A DNA stretch of 64,000 nucleotides from Steroidobacter sp. (lineage in GTDB: Bacteria; Pseudomonadota; Gammaproteobacteria; Steroidobacterales; Steroidobacteraceae). The stretch lies in NCBI RefSeq assembly GCF_036402275.1, contig NZ_DASWTF010000027.1, positions 86,183 through 150,182 on the forward strand, read 5' to 3'. Below, piece after piece: positions 49,924-60,501 of the stretch (position 1 is its first letter; each line of letters opens with the position of its first letter). Below the pieces are notes generated by a model that was not told the DNA's origin, ran no database searches, and saw only the letters and a program-made list of their open reading frames with translations. A program made the translations under genes and the position numbers.

Positions 49924-51996
49924 TCAGCCGCGCGTGAGCGCCACTAGTCCAGACAGCGAGCGCACCGGCGCCGAGCACGTCATCCCGCGGCAAACATAGG
50001 CTGCGGTTTCCTCCAGGGGCTTCTTGTCGGCGATGGCGGCGGGCAGCTCTGGTGCGTCGGCCGGAATCGCAAACACCAGCCGCCGCGGCGCATAGACCTT
50101 CGCCAACTCATCGCGCCAGCTTTCGGTGTCCTTGGCTTCGCCGCGCACGATGACAACTTCGGGCGGCTCCAGATGTTCTTCCAGCGCCACGAGCAGGGCC
50201 GTGTGCGCATGAGGATAGTGCTGCAAGGCAGGCCACGCCCCGCGCAACGTTTTCGCCGCGGAATCCAGATAGCGCGTCTCGCCGAGCAACAATCCGAGTC
50301 GCGCGAGCGCCTGCGCGGCAATGGCGTTGCCGGCGGGGACGGCCTCGTCGCTGAATGAGCGGGATCGGTGCATGAGCTGTTCGTGATCGTCCGCGGTAAA
50401 AAAGAAACCGCCGGACTCGCGATCCTCGAAATGGGCCAGCAGCGCTTCGGCCAGCTCGGTCGCGAATTGCAGGTCGGCGCTGCGCCAGCGGGTCTGCAGC
50501 AGCTCGAGCAGCCCGTCGAGCAGGAACGCATGATCGTCGAGATAAGCCGGAAAGCGCGCACGGCCATCTTTATAGGCCGCTAACAACCGACCGTCGCGCC
50601 AGCATTCCCTGCGAATGAAATCGACGGCGCGAGTCGCGGCATCCGCCAGATCTGGTCGTCGCAGAGCGCGAGCCGCGACCGCCAGTCCGCTGATCGCAAG
50701 GCCGTTCCATGACGTGAGCACTTTCTCGTCACGCCCCGGCCACACACGACGATGGCGCGCTTCCAGGAGAACCTTGCGCGCGCGGGCGAGGCGCTTGTCG
50801 ACTTCGGCCACGTCGATCTGCAGTTCGCCGGCGATATCTTCTTCGGAACGGAACACATGCAGATGCCAGGCTTCGCCTTCGAAGTTGGCGGATCGGTCGA
50901 GCCCGAAGCGACGCGAGACCACCACGTAATCGTCGGCATCGAGCAGCCCGGACACTTCGTCAGGCTGCCAGACGTAAAACTTGCCTTCGTGTCCCTCGGA
51001 GTCGGCGTCGAGCGCGGACCAGAAGCCACCTTCGCTCGACTGCATCTCGCGAATCATCCAGTCGGCCGTTTCGCCAGCGATGCGGCCGAAGAGGGGCTCG
51101 CCCGTCGCCAGCGCCGCGTGCGCGTACATCCGCAGTAGTTGGCCGTTGTCATACAGCATCTTTTCGAAGTGCGGGATCATCCAGTACGCATCGACGCTAT
51201 AGCGCGCGAAACCACCGCCCAACTGATCGTAAATGCCGCCGTCGGCCATGCGCTTGAGCGTCAGCGTCGCCATATAGAGCGAATGCAGATCCGGCTCATC
51301 GGCGCCGGCCGTCGCGCGCCATTGGCGCAACAGGAACTCGATGTTGGCGGGGTGAGGAAACTTCGGTGCGCCTCCGAAACCGCCGAATTGCGGGTCGAAG
51401 GCCGCGGCCAACTGCTCGCGCGCGGCGCGAATCGCGGCTGTCGTTAGCGCCGTGTCGCCCGAAGCGGGCGGCGTGTGCAGTTGATCGAAGGCCTGCTGCA
51501 AAGCTTCGCTCTGCTGAGCGATGTCATCGGCGCGTTCGCGATAGAACTGAGCCACCCGCTGCAGCAGGTCGGTAAACGCGGGGAGCCCGTGGCGCGGCTC
51601 CTTCGGAAAATAAGTGCCGCCGAAAAAGGGTCGCTGATCCCGGGGCGATAGAAACATCGTGAGCGGCCAGCCGCCGCCGCGCTGAGTGAGCATCTGCTGC
51701 GCAATCTGGTAAATGCGGTCCAGGTCGGGCCGCTCCTCGCGGTCCACCTTGATGTTCACGAACAGCTCGTTCATCACCGCCGCGCTGGCCGGATCCTCGA
51801 AGGACTCATGCGCCATGACGTGGCACCAGTGACAGGCCGAGTAGCCGATGGACAGCAGAATGGGCTTGTTTTCGCGTCGCGCGCGCTCCAGAGCCTCTTC
51901 GCCCCAGGGATACCAATCCACGGGGTTGGCCGCGTGTTGGAGCAGATAAGGGCTGGTTTCGTCCGCGAGACGGTTGCGGTGTGATGATTCGTGCAT
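49924..51996 (-). CDS. YyaL/DUF255 thioredoxin-domain protein
   Basis: [51 protein letters not shown]; start moved to ATG 51996. Confidence 0.93.
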   Translation of the reverse strand: MHESSHRNRLADETSPYLLQHAANPVDWYPWGEEALERARRENKPILLSIGYSACHWCHVMAHESFEDPASAAVMNELFVNIKVDREERPDLDRIYQIAQQMLTQRGGGWPLTMFLSPRDQRPFFGGTYFPKEPRHGLPAFTDLLQRVAQFYRERADDIAQQSEALQQAFDQLHTPPASGDTALTTAAIRAAREQLAAAFDPQFGGFGGAPKFPHPANIEFLLRQWRATAGADEPDLHSLYMATLTLKRMADGGIYDQLGGGFARYSVDAYWMIPHFEKMLYDNGQLLRMYAHAALATGEPLFGRIAGETADWMIREMQSSEGGFWSALDADSEGHEGKFYVWQPDEVSGLLDADDYVVVSRRFGLDRSANFEGEAWHLHVFRSEEDIAGELQIDVAEVDKRLARARKVLLEARHRRVWPGRDEKVLTSWNGLAISGLAVAARALRRPDLADAATRAVDFIRRECWRDGRLLAAYKDGRARFPAYLDDHAFLLDGLLELLQTRWRSADLQFATELAEALLAHFEDRESGGFFFTADDHEQLMHRSRSFSDEAVPAGNAIAAQALARLGLLLGETRYLDSAAKTLRGAWPALQHYPHAHTALLVALEEHLEPPEVVIVRGEAKDTESWRDELAKVYAPRRLVFAIPADAPELPAAIADKKPLEETAAYVCRGMTCSAPVRSLSGLVALTRG

Positions 51997-52014
51997 AGAA
52001 TGCGCCCACTCTAA

Positions 52015-53244
52015 ATGAACACCGCCTCCGACACACCGACTCCCCACACTACGCCCACCGACCTGCCGGAGTTGCGCTTGAAGCGCGGCGAGGATCGTCG
52101 TCTGGCCGCTGGCCATCTGTGGGTGTTTTCCAACGAAGTGGACACCGCCCGCACTCCGCTCACGGCCTTCAAGCCGGGCGCGTTGTGCCGTGTCGTGTCC
52201 GATCGCGACAAGTTCCTGGGCTATGCCTATGTGAATCCGCATTCGCTGATCAGCGCGCGCATTCTCGGGCGCAGTCCCGCTTATCCACCGGATAAATCGC
52301 TGCTCGTGCATCGCCTGCAAGTGGCGCAGTCGCTGCGTCGCTCGCTTTACGAGAAGCCCTTTTATCGGCTGGTGTACGGCGAGTCCGATGGCCTGCCGGG
52401 CCTGGTGCTGGATCGATTCGGCGACGTGGTGGTCGGACAGATCGCCACCGCCGGCATGGAAGCCCTGCGTCCGCAGATCGAGACTGCGGTGAAAAAAGTC
52501 ATCAATCCAGCCGCGCTGGTCTGGAAGAACGACGCTGGCGTGCGCGACCTGGAAGGGCTGCCGCATTACGTCGAGACGGTGTTTGGGGACGCGCCCGAGT
52601 CGGTGCTGGTGGAAGAGGGCGGCGTGGGATTCCAGGTGCCGCTGGGCAGCGGGCAGAAAACCGGCTGGTTCTTCGATCAGGCGTCCAATCGTCTGGCGTT
52701 ACGCAAATATGTCGGCGGCGCGCGCGTGCTCGACGTTTTCAGCTATCTCGGCGCCTGGGGACTGGGCGCGCTCAAGGCGGGCGCCACCGAAGTCACGTGC
52801 GTGGATTCCTCGGCGTCGGCGCTGGAGCTGTTACAGGCGAGCGCCGCGGCCAACGGGCTGAAGCCCGCCGTGCTCAAGGGCGACGCGTTCGACGTCATGG
52901 AGTCGCTGCACGGGGAAGGGCGGCGCTTCGACGTGGTGGTCATCGATCCGCCGGCGTTCATCAAACGTAAAAAAGATGTGCCCAAGGGTGAGGCGGCCTA
53001 CAAACGGCTCAACCAGCTCGCCATGCAGTTGCTGGACAGAGACGGCATCCTGGTGTCGTGTTCCTGCTCGTATCATCTGGAACCGGATCACCTGCTCACC
53101 GCCATTCAGCGCGGCGCGCGCCACCTCGGCCGGTTTGCGCAAGTCGTGGAAGTCGGGGGCCAGGCGCCCGATCATCCGATTCATCCGGCGATCCCGGAAA
53201 CGCGCTACCTGAAGGCCTATTTCTGCCGGGTCGTCACGGAATAA
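52015..53244 (+). CDS. rlmI: RlmI-like 23S rRNA m5C methyltransferase
   Basis: [44 protein letters not shown]. Confidence 0.85.
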   Translation: MNTASDTPTPHTTPTDLPELRLKRGEDRRLAAGHLWVFSNEVDTARTPLTAFKPGALCRVVSDRDKFLGYAYVNPHSLISARILGRSPAYPPDKSLLVHRLQVAQSLRRSLYEKPFYRLVYGESDGLPGLVLDRFGDVVVGQIATAGMEALRPQIETAVKKVINPAALVWKNDAGVRDLEGLPHYVETVFGDAPESVLVEEGGVGFQVPLGSGQKTGWFFDQASNRLALRKYVGGARVLDVFSYLGAWGLGALKAGATEVTCVDSSASALELLQASAAANGLKPAVLKGDAFDVMESLHGEGRRFDVVVIDPPAFIKRKKDVPKGEAAYKRLNQLAMQLLDRDGILVSCSCSYHLEPDHLLTAIQRGARHLGRFAQVVEVGGQAPDHPIHPAIPETRYLKAYFCRVVTE

Positions 53245-53297
53245 CGGCCCGATCGACGGGCGGGTGAAACGATGGCATTGGTATACTCGCGCCGACA

Positions 53298-54185
53298 ATG
53301 ATTCCCTACCCCGCGATCGACCCGATCATCTTTTCGGTGGGCCCGCTGGCTGTGCGCTGGTACGGGCTCATGTATGTCATCGGTTTCGCCGCCGCATGGT
53401 GGCTGGCGCGACGCCGGGCGGCGCGGCCGGATTCGACCTGGCAGCCCATCGAAGTCGACGACGTGATTTTCTTTGCCGCCATCGGCGTGATCCTCGGCGG
53501 CCGCCTGGGCTGGATTGCCTTCTACGGCGGCGAGCAGGTGATGGAGGATCCAGTCACCGTCATCCGCATCTGGGAAGGCGGCATGTCGTTCCACGGCGGC
53601 CTGATCGGCGCGATCCTGGCGGTGCTGATTTTCGCCCGTCAGCGGCGGCGCCGCTTCGCGGACGTGCTCGATTTCATGGCGCCCCTGCCAGGTCTGGGCA
53701 TTTTCGCCGGGCGCATCGGCAACTTCATCAACGGTGAGTTGTGGGGCAAGCCCACCGACGCGCCCTGGGGCTTCATCGTCGATCCGGCGCCGCTCTACGA
53801 GGTGCAGGCCAACGAGGTGAGGCGCCTGTGCGAGCGCTTCGCCGTCGACCCCTGCGTGTTACATGTGCATGCCTCGCAGCTCTATGAAGGTTTGCTGGAA
53901 GGCTTGCTGTTGTTCATCGTGCTTTGGCTGTTCACGCGCAAGCCGCGGCCGAGACTGGCGCCGTCGGGCCTGTTCCTGATCTTGTACGGCGTGTGCCGTT
54001 TCCTCGTGGAGTTCGTGCGGGTGCCGGACGAGAATCGCGGCTATCTGCTGTTCGACTGGGTGACCATGGGCCAACTGCTGTCGCTGCCGATGATCGTCCT
54101 CGGCGTCACTCTCCTGGCCTGGGCCTATCGTCGGCAGGAGGCCAGCGGCAACTACGGCGCCAAGCAACTCGCGACCGCGTCATGA
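53298..54185 (+). CDS. lgt: Prolipoprotein diacylglyceryl transferase
   Basis: [42 protein letters not shown]. Confidence 0.97.
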   Translation: MIPYPAIDPIIFSVGPLAVRWYGLMYVIGFAAAWWLARRRAARPDSTWQPIEVDDVIFFAAIGVILGGRLGWIAFYGGEQVMEDPVTVIRIWEGGMSFHGGLIGAILAVLIFARQRRRRFADVLDFMAPLPGLGIFAGRIGNFINGELWGKPTDAPWGFIVDPAPLYEVQANEVRRLCERFAVDPCVLHVHASQLYEGLLEGLLLFIVLWLFTRKPRPRLAPSGLFLILYGVCRFLVEFVRVPDENRGYLLFDWVTMGQLLSLPMIVLGVTLLAWAYRRQEASGNYGAKQLATAS

Positions 54186-54976
54186 TTCAGTACCTGCAGC
54201 TGCTGCGGCACATCCGCGAGCACGGTTTGCGCAAGACCGACCGCACCGGCACGGGCACGCTGTCCGTGTTCGGCTATCAGGCGCGCTTCGATCTGTCACA
54301 AGGCTTTCCGCTGGTGACCACCAAGAAGCTGCACCTGAAGTCCATCGTCTACGAGCTGCTGTGGTTCCTGAAGGGCGACACCAACATCCGATATCTCAAG
54401 GATCACGGCGTGTCGATCTGGGACGAGTGGGCCGACGAGCACGGCGAGCTCGGCCCGATCTACGGCAAGCAGTGGCGCTCCTGGCCGGGGCCGGACGGCA
54501 AGACCATCGATCAGATCAGCCGCACGCTCGACCTGATCCGCCGCAATCCCGATTCCCGCCGCATCATCGTCAATGCCTGGAACGTGGGCGAGCTGGAGCA
54601 GATGTCGCTCACGCCGTGTCATGCGCTGTTTCAGTTCTGGGTGGGCGACGGCAAGCTGTCGTGCCAGTTGTATCAGCGCAGCGCCGACGTGTTCCTGGGC
54701 GTGCCTTTCAATATCGCCTCGTATGCGCTGCTGACGCACATGTTCGCTCAGCAGTGCGACCTGGAGCCCGGCGAGTTCATCTGGACGGGCGGCGATTGTC
54801 ATCTGTATCTGAATCATCTGGACCAGGCCGACGAGCAGCTGAAGCGCCAGCCGTTTCCGATGCCGCGATTGGTCATCAAGCGCAAGCCGCCCTCGATATT
54901 CGAGTACGAGTACGAGGATTTCCAGATCGTCGATTACCAGGCTCATCCTTCCATCAAAGCGCCCATCGCTGTCTAA
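54182..54976 (+). CDS. thyA: Thymidylate synthase
   Basis: [46 protein letters not shown]. Confidence 0.98.
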   Translation: MIQYLQLLRHIREHGLRKTDRTGTGTLSVFGYQARFDLSQGFPLVTTKKLHLKSIVYELLWFLKGDTNIRYLKDHGVSIWDEWADEHGELGPIYGKQWRSWPGPDGKTIDQISRTLDLIRRNPDSRRIIVNAWNVGELEQMSLTPCHALFQFWVGDGKLSCQLYQRSADVFLGVPFNIASYALLTHMFAQQCDLEPGEFIWTGGDCHLYLNHLDQADEQLKRQPFPMPRLVIKRKPPSIFEYEYEDFQIVDYQAHPSIKAPIAV

Positions 54977-54991
54977 CCCATAGCTGTCTCA

Positions 54992-55627
54992 ATGGCCAAG
55001 CAGAACCGTCGCACTCAGTCGCGTGACAAAACGCGCGCGTCCAAGTCCACTCGCAGTTCGCAGAAGAAGTCGGTGCGCAAAGCCCGCCGGCCGTTGCGCA
55101 AAAAACCTGCCGTGTCCTTGGCAACCTCGCCGCTGGTCGAGGCGCGTAATTCGACGATCCACGGTCGCGGCGTGTACGCCGTTGCGCCGATCAAGAAGGG
55201 CACGCGGATTCTCGAATATCTCGGCGAACGCATCTCGCACGGCGAAGCGGACGCGCGCTATGAGGAAAAGGGCGACGACGACGGCCACACGTTCCTGTTC
55301 ATCGCCAGCAATCGCACCGTGATCGACGCCGGCGTGAACGGCAACGACGCGCGCTTCATCAATCACAGCTGCAATCCGAATTGCGAGACGGTGATCGAGA
55401 ACAGCCGCGTGTTCATCGACGCCATCCGTAACATCAAACCGGGCGAGGAGCTGGGCTACGACTATCAGCTCACCTGGGAAAGCACCGACGATCCGGCGGA
55501 GCTGGCGTTGTACGCCTGCCGCTGCGGCGCCAAGAAATGTCGCGGCACCATGCTCGACAAGGAGCCGACCGACAAGCGCGAGGCGGATAAGAAAAAGGCC
55601 AAAGCCAAGAAGAAGGCTCGCAAGTAG
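54992..55627 (+). CDS. SET-domain lysine methyltransferase with post-SET motif and basic tails
   Basis: IHGRGVYA, RFINHSCNPNC, GEELGYDY, CRCGAKKCRG. Confidence 0.93.
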   Translation: MAKQNRRTQSRDKTRASKSTRSSQKKSVRKARRPLRKKPAVSLATSPLVEARNSTIHGRGVYAVAPIKKGTRILEYLGERISHGEADARYEEKGDDDGHTFLFIASNRTVIDAGVNGNDARFINHSCNPNCETVIENSRVFIDAIRNIKPGEELGYDYQLTWESTDDPAELALYACRCGAKKCRGTMLDKEPTDKREADKKKAKAKKKARK

Positions 55628-55642
55628 GTCCCCGCGTTTCTC

Positions 55643-56131
55643 ATGCTCTCGATCATCGTCGCCGTCGCGGACAATGGAGTCATGGGCAGCAACAATCAGC
55701 TGCCCTGGCGGCTGCCCGATGACTTGAAACATTTCAAGGCGCTCAGCCTCGGCAAGCCCCTCGTGATGGGCCGCAAAACCTTCGATTCGATCGGGCGGCC
55801 GCTGCCGGGACGATTGAATATCGTCATTTCACGACAACCGGGGTTGGATATTCCAGGCTGTCGGGTCGTGACTTCGATCGACGATGCCCTGGCGGCGGCG
55901 CAGCCCGCGCCTGAAGTCGTCATCGTCGGCGGCGCCGAGATCTATCGGCAGGTGCTGCCGCGGGTGCAGGTCATTCATCTCACGCGGGTGCACGCGAATG
56001 TCGAGGGTGACGTGTTGTTCCCGGAGTTGCAGGAACACGAGTGGCGCGAGGTGGCGAAGGAGTATCATCCCGCCGACGAACGTCACGCCCACGCATTCAC
56101 CTTCAGCACGCTGGAGAGAGTCGGCCCATGA
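55643..56131 (+). CDS. folA: Dihydrofolate reductase
   Basis: LPWRLPDDLKHFK, VMGRKTFDSIGRPLPGR.NIV, IVGGAEIY, EGDVLFP. Confidence 0.97.
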   Translation: MLSIIVAVADNGVMGSNNQLPWRLPDDLKHFKALSLGKPLVMGRKTFDSIGRPLPGRLNIVISRQPGLDIPGCRVVTSIDDALAAAQPAPEVVIVGGAEIYRQVLPRVQVIHLTRVHANVEGDVLFPELQEHEWREVAKEYHPADERHAHAFTFSTLERVGP

Positions 56132-56511
56132 GCACGCAGCCCGTGAAGATGCGTTACAACTGTGCGACCTGTCCCGGCTATTGTTGCAGCCACTCTCGCA
56201 TTGCCGTCAGCGAATACGACATTGCGCGGCTGGCCAAGCATTTCGGGCTGTCGCCGGGCGAGGCCAAGAAGAAGTTCACCTACAACTACAAGACCAAGGA
56301 AGTGGACGAGCAGATCCTGCGGCATCAGAAGGATCACATCTACAAGACCATCTGCCGTTTCTTCGATACGGACGAGCGCCGCTGCACGGTCTATGAAGCT
56401 CGCCCCAACGTCTGTCGCAAGTACCCGTACGGCAATCGCTGTGGGTACCACGAGTTCCTGAAGTTCGAGCGCGAGCACCAGGGCGACGACGAGTTCATAC
56501 CTTCGGCTTGA
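56128..56511 (+). CDS. YkgJ-family cysteine cluster protein
   Basis: CATCPGYCC, CRFFD, CTVYEARPNVCRKYP. Confidence 0.88.
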   Translation: MSTQPVKMRYNCATCPGYCCSHSRIAVSEYDIARLAKHFGLSPGEAKKKFTYNYKTKEVDEQILRHQKDHIYKTICRFFDTDERRCTVYEARPNVCRKYPYGNRCGYHEFLKFEREHQGDDEFIPSA

Positions 56512-56512
56512 C

Positions 56513-57214
56513 GTGCGGCTGAACAAGTACATCAGCGAGACCGGGTTGTGCTCGCGACGTGAGGCCGATGCGCGGATCGAAGCGGGGCGCGTGACCATCA
56601 ACGGCGTGGTCGCGACGCTCGGCACGCAGGTCAAGGAAGGCGACGTAGTCTGCGTCGACGGTCAGCCCGTCGGCGGCGAGCAGAAACATGTTTACATCGC
56701 TCTCAACAAGCCGGTCGGCGTGATCTGCACCACCGACCGCGAAATCCCCGGCAACATCACCGATTTCGTCGGCTACCGCGAGCGCATCTTTCCCATCGGG
56801 CGCCTGGACAAGGAGTCCGAGGGTCTGATCCTGCTGACCAATAACGGTGACATCGTCAACGAGATTCTGCGGGTGGAGAATGCCCACGAGAAGGAATATG
56901 TCGTAACGGTGGACCGGCCGGTCACCGAGATTTTCCTTAACGGCATGGCGAGCGGGGTGCGCATCCTCGGCACGGTCACCCGGCCGTGCAAGGTGACCCG
57001 CGTCGGTCCCGCCACTTTTAAAATCATTCTGACCCAGGGATTGAACCGCCAGATCCGGCGCATGTGCTCGTTCTTCGGTTATAAAGTGTTGCGCCTACAA
57101 CGCGTGCGGATCATCAATTTGACATTGGGCGGCCTCAAAGTAGGGCAATGGCGCGAGCTCGAGGACCGCGAAGTGCGCGGTTTGCTGCCCCATAAGCCTG
57201 GATTCAACTTTTAG
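56513..57214 (+). CDS. rluF: rRNA pseudouridine synthase (RluF-like)
   Basis: S4 domain RLNKYISETGLCSRREAD; RIFPIGRLDKESEGL, HEKEYVV, QGLNRQIRRMC. Confidence 0.85.
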   Translation: MRLNKYISETGLCSRREADARIEAGRVTINGVVATLGTQVKEGDVVCVDGQPVGGEQKHVYIALNKPVGVICTTDREIPGNITDFVGYRERIFPIGRLDKESEGLILLTNNGDIVNEILRVENAHEKEYVVTVDRPVTEIFLNGMASGVRILGTVTRPCKVTRVGPATFKIILTQGLNRQIRRMCSFFGYKVLRLQRVRIINLTLGGLKVGQWRELEDREVRGLLPHKPGFNF

Positions 57215-57276
57215 CGGACCGTCGGTCGGGACGCCTGGCGCCGTCGCTGGACGGTGCTGCTAGGGCCACAGTACGC

Positions 57277-58179
57277 TTGTTAGCTGTGGACTCCGACTAC
57301 GAAGTACAAACCCGGGTGACCGGGCTCGACGAGCTGCGAGTCAGGCGCCCGGGTCAGGCCTGCCTGGTCGTCATCCATGCGCCCGTGCAAGCCGATCTGG
57401 GCCGACGTTATGTCCTGGACAAGACGGCCACCTCGGTCGGTCGCGGCCGCGATAACGACATCGTCCTGCCCAGCGACTGCGTCTCCCGCCGGCACGCGCG
57501 GCTCGAGCAGCGCGGCGGCCATCTGTTCGTCGTCGACCTGGCGTCCACCAACGGCACGTTCATCAACGACGACGAGCATTCGGTGCGCGAGCGTCAGCTG
57601 CAGCGGGGCGACCGCCTGAAAATTGGCGATACGATTTTCAAATATCTGTCCGGCTCGGACATCGAGCTGCAGTACCACGAGATCATCCATCGCATGACGG
57701 TGACCGACGGCCTGACCGATCTGGCCAACCGCAAGCTGCTCGACTCGGTGCTGGAAGAGGAGATCCCGCGAGCGCGGCGTCACGGTCGCGACCTGTCGCT
57801 GCTGATGCTGGACATCGATCACTTCAAGAGCATCAACGACACCCACGGTCATCTCACTGGCGACTCGGTGCTTCGCGGCCTCGCCGGCATCCTGCAGCGC
57901 CGCCTGCGCCCCGGCGATCGCCTGGGCCGCTACGGCGGCGAAGAGTTCTGCGTCATCCTGCCCGAAACCTCACTGCGCAACGCCGCCAAGATCGGCGAGG
58001 ACCTGCGTTCCCTGGTCGAGGCGCACGCCTTCGTCGCCGAGGATAAAAACATTCGCGTCACCATCTCCGTCGGCGCCGGAACGTTACAGGAAGGCATGAC
58101 TCTGGCCGATCTGTATCGAACGGCGGATGAGATGCTCTACAAAGCCAAGCGCGCCGGAAGAAACAAAGTCTGCTGCTGA
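57277..58179 (+). CDS. FHA-domain diguanylate cyclase (FHA-GGDEF)
   Basis: FHA: VGRGRDNDI, VSRRHA, STNGT; GGDEF: DGLT.L.NR, DIDHFKSINDTHGH, RYGGEEF with RPGD I-site; start could be GTG 57286. Confidence 0.92.
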   Translation: MLAVDSDYEVQTRVTGLDELRVRRPGQACLVVIHAPVQADLGRRYVLDKTATSVGRGRDNDIVLPSDCVSRRHARLEQRGGHLFVVDLASTNGTFINDDEHSVRERQLQRGDRLKIGDTIFKYLSGSDIELQYHEIIHRMTVTDGLTDLANRKLLDSVLEEEIPRARRHGRDLSLLMLDIDHFKSINDTHGHLTGDSVLRGLAGILQRRLRPGDRLGRYGGEEFCVILPETSLRNAAKIGEDLRSLVEAHAFVAEDKNIRVTISVGAGTLQEGMTLADLYRTADEMLYKAKRAGRNKVCC

Positions 58180-58207
58180 GTCCTTTTTGAGGTCGCAAAT
58201 TGCGACC

Positions 58208-60028
58208 TCATTCCACCGTCACCGACTTCGCCAGGTTTCGCGGCTGATCGATGTTCCGGTCTTTCGCCAGGGCCACGTGATAGGCGAGCAGCTGCAATGG
58301 AATGTTCATGAGCAGCGGATCCAGCTCGGGCTCGGATTTTGGCACTTCGATGATGCCGTTGACGGGGACGGGCAAGGGATCGCCCCGGTGGGTGATGGCG
58401 TAGAGCGGGCCGCTGCGCGCGCGAATTTCTTCCAGGGTCGAGACGTTCTTGGCGAACAGATCGTCGCGGGGAATGACGACGACGGTGGGCGTTTCCGGGC
58501 TGATGAGCGCCAGCGGGCCGTGTTTCAGCTCGGAGGCGGGGTAGGCTTCGGCGTGGATGTAGCTGATCTCTTTCAGCTTCAGCGCGCCTTCCATCGCGAC
58601 CGGATAGCCGGCGGCGCGGCCGACGAAATAAGCGCTCTCGTGCGGGGCGAGCTCTTTGGCCAGCTTGGCGATATGCGGCTCCGTCGCGAGGATCTCGTCC
58701 ACCTGGGCGGGCAAGGCTTCGAGCGCTTTCAAAAGACGTGCGCCGTGGGCCGTCGACATGTCTCTGATGCGGCCGAGATGAATCGCAAGCAGAGCAAACG
58801 CCACCGCGGTCGACGTGAAGGTTTTGGTGGAGACGACGGCGATCTCGGGGCCGGCGTGCAAATAGATGCCGCGTCCGCATTCGCGCGCGATGGTGCTGCC
58901 GACGGCGTTGACGATGCCCAGCACGCGACCGCCCTTGCGCTTTACTTCCTGCACCGCCGCGAGCGTGTCGAAGGTTTCGCCGGATTGGCTGACGGCGATA
59001 TAGAGCGTGTCCTGCTCGATCACGGGATTGCGATAACGAAACTCCGACGCGGGCTCCGCATGCGCGGGCACGCGAGCCAGCTGCTCTATCAAGTGCGCGC
59101 CGAAACAGCCGGCGATATAGGCCGATCCGCAACCAAGAATCTTCACGCGGCGGATTTCCAGCAGCTCGCGCGCCGCCATTTCCAGTCCGCCGATGTGCGT
59201 CGTTTGGAAACGGGGCTCCAGACGGCCGCTGAGCGTGCGGCGAATGGATTCGGCCTGTTCGGCGATCTCCTTGCGCATGAAATGCGAGTAGCCTTCCTTG
59301 TCGAAAGACTCATCGGTCCACGGAATGGTCGACGGCGTCTTGGCAGTGGCCCCGCCATCGAGAGTCGACGTCTCGAATCCGTCCGCGCGAACTACGGCGA
59401 TCTCGCCGTCGTCCAGATGCACGACGCTTTGCGTATGCCGAACGAGCGCCACGGCATCGGAGGCAACAAACATTTCCCGCTCGCCGATGCCGAGCACGAC
59501 AGGGCTGCCGTTGCGCGCGACCACGATGCTGTCGGGCCGCTCGGCATCCAGTACTGCGAGCCCGTAAGTTCCCTTGATGTGTCGCAGAGCCTCGCGAACT
59601 TTGTCTTCAAGACTGTCCGCATCTACGGCTGCGATCAGATGGGCCAGCACTTCGGAATCGGTTTCGGAGCGAAACGTCACGCCACTGGCTTGCAGTTTGG
59701 AACGCAGCTGAGCGGCGTTCTCCACGATGCCGTTATGAACGATGGCGAAGCGTTCACCACTGTCGGTGTGCGGATGAGCGTTCCGGTCGCTGGGCTCGCC
59801 GTGCGTCGCCCAGCGGGTGTGCGCGATGCCGGTGGTGCCCTTCAAGCGTTCCGGCAGGGAACGTTCCAGATCGCGCACCTTGCCCTTGCTCTTGAAGATG
59901 CTGAGTTTCTCGTTGCGCGCGCAGGCGATGCCCGCCGAGTCATAGCCGCGATACTCGAGTCGCCGCAGGCCGTCCACGAGGATGGGCGCCGCTTCTCGCT
60001 TGCCGATGTAACCGACGATGCCGCACAT
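58208..60028 (-). CDS. glmS: Glutamine--fructose-6-phosphate aminotransferase
   Basis: MCGIVG, LEYRGYDSAG, HTRWATHG, SQSGET, STKTF, ELKHGPLAL, PRNLAKSVTVE. Confidence 0.97.
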   Translation of the reverse strand: MCGIVGYIGKREAAPILVDGLRRLEYRGYDSAGIACARNEKLSIFKSKGKVRDLERSLPERLKGTTGIAHTRWATHGEPSDRNAHPHTDSGERFAIVHNGIVENAAQLRSKLQASGVTFRSETDSEVLAHLIAAVDADSLEDKVREALRHIKGTYGLAVLDAERPDSIVVARNGSPVVLGIGEREMFVASDAVALVRHTQSVVHLDDGEIAVVRADGFETSTLDGGATAKTPSTIPWTDESFDKEGYSHFMRKEIAEQAESIRRTLSGRLEPRFQTTHIGGLEMAARELLEIRRVKILGCGSAYIAGCFGAHLIEQLARVPAHAEPASEFRYRNPVIEQDTLYIAVSQSGETFDTLAAVQEVKRKGGRVLGIVNAVGSTIARECGRGIYLHAGPEIAVVSTKTFTSTAVAFALLAIHLGRIRDMSTAHGARLLKALEALPAQVDEILATEPHIAKLAKELAPHESAYFVGRAAGYPVAMEGALKLKEISYIHAEAYPASELKHGPLALISPETPTVVVIPRDDLFAKNVSTLEEIRARSGPLYAITHRGDPLPVPVNGIIEVPKSEPELDPLLMNIPLQLLAYHVALAKDRNIDQPRNLAKSVTVE

Positions 60029-60046
60029 GATGAAACATTCCCGAGA

Positions 60047-60301
60047 TCAGCCGTAGATGATTCTGCGGATCTGGCGCTCGCTGTACTCGGGCGCGCGAAA
60101 GCGGCGGCTCGCCAGCTCTTCGCTGATCTGCAGATAGATCGCGCGGTTCGAAAGGCCCTGCGCCTGCAGGGCGAGGTGGCGGCGGCGGACGAAGTCCTCG
60201 GGCATTTCGCTCATGAATGCCAGCACCTCGTTCACCAGCCGCGCGGCCTCCTGAGGAGTGAGGCGGCTGGAGCGGGCCAGAAACTCGACCAGCTCTCCCA
60301 T
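60047..60301 (-). CDS. Small helical protein of unknown function upstream of glmS (84 aa)
   Basis: C-terminal part of the 380-aa ORF: MGELVEFLARSS...RQIRRIIYG; RBS-like GGAGG/AGGA upstream of ATG 60301; ends 18 nt before glmS. Confidence 0.8.
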   Translation of the reverse strand: MGELVEFLARSSRLTPQEAARLVNEVLAFMSEMPEDFVRRRHLALQAQGLSNRAIYLQISEELASRRFRAPEYSERQIRRIIYG

Positions 60302-60501
60302 CTCGTCCTGCCCCTCCATTCGATCCGATGCGGAGGGGAAGTCTGCCGATTCGTCGGTCATTTCCCAACAATCCTGCCCGATTTCGGGCAAGGATACAGT
60401 GATTTGGAGGAGCAAGGCCATTGCAGGATTGTCCATGGGCCGCGCCGAAGGCGCGGCCCATAACCCATTCCCGATGGCGGCATCCCGCCAGGGATGCAAG
60501 C

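Noticed and set aside
60305-60500. glmS ribozyme upstream of glmS
   Set aside because: The conserved AGCGCC, GACGAGG and ATCGAA core is not found in the expected order.
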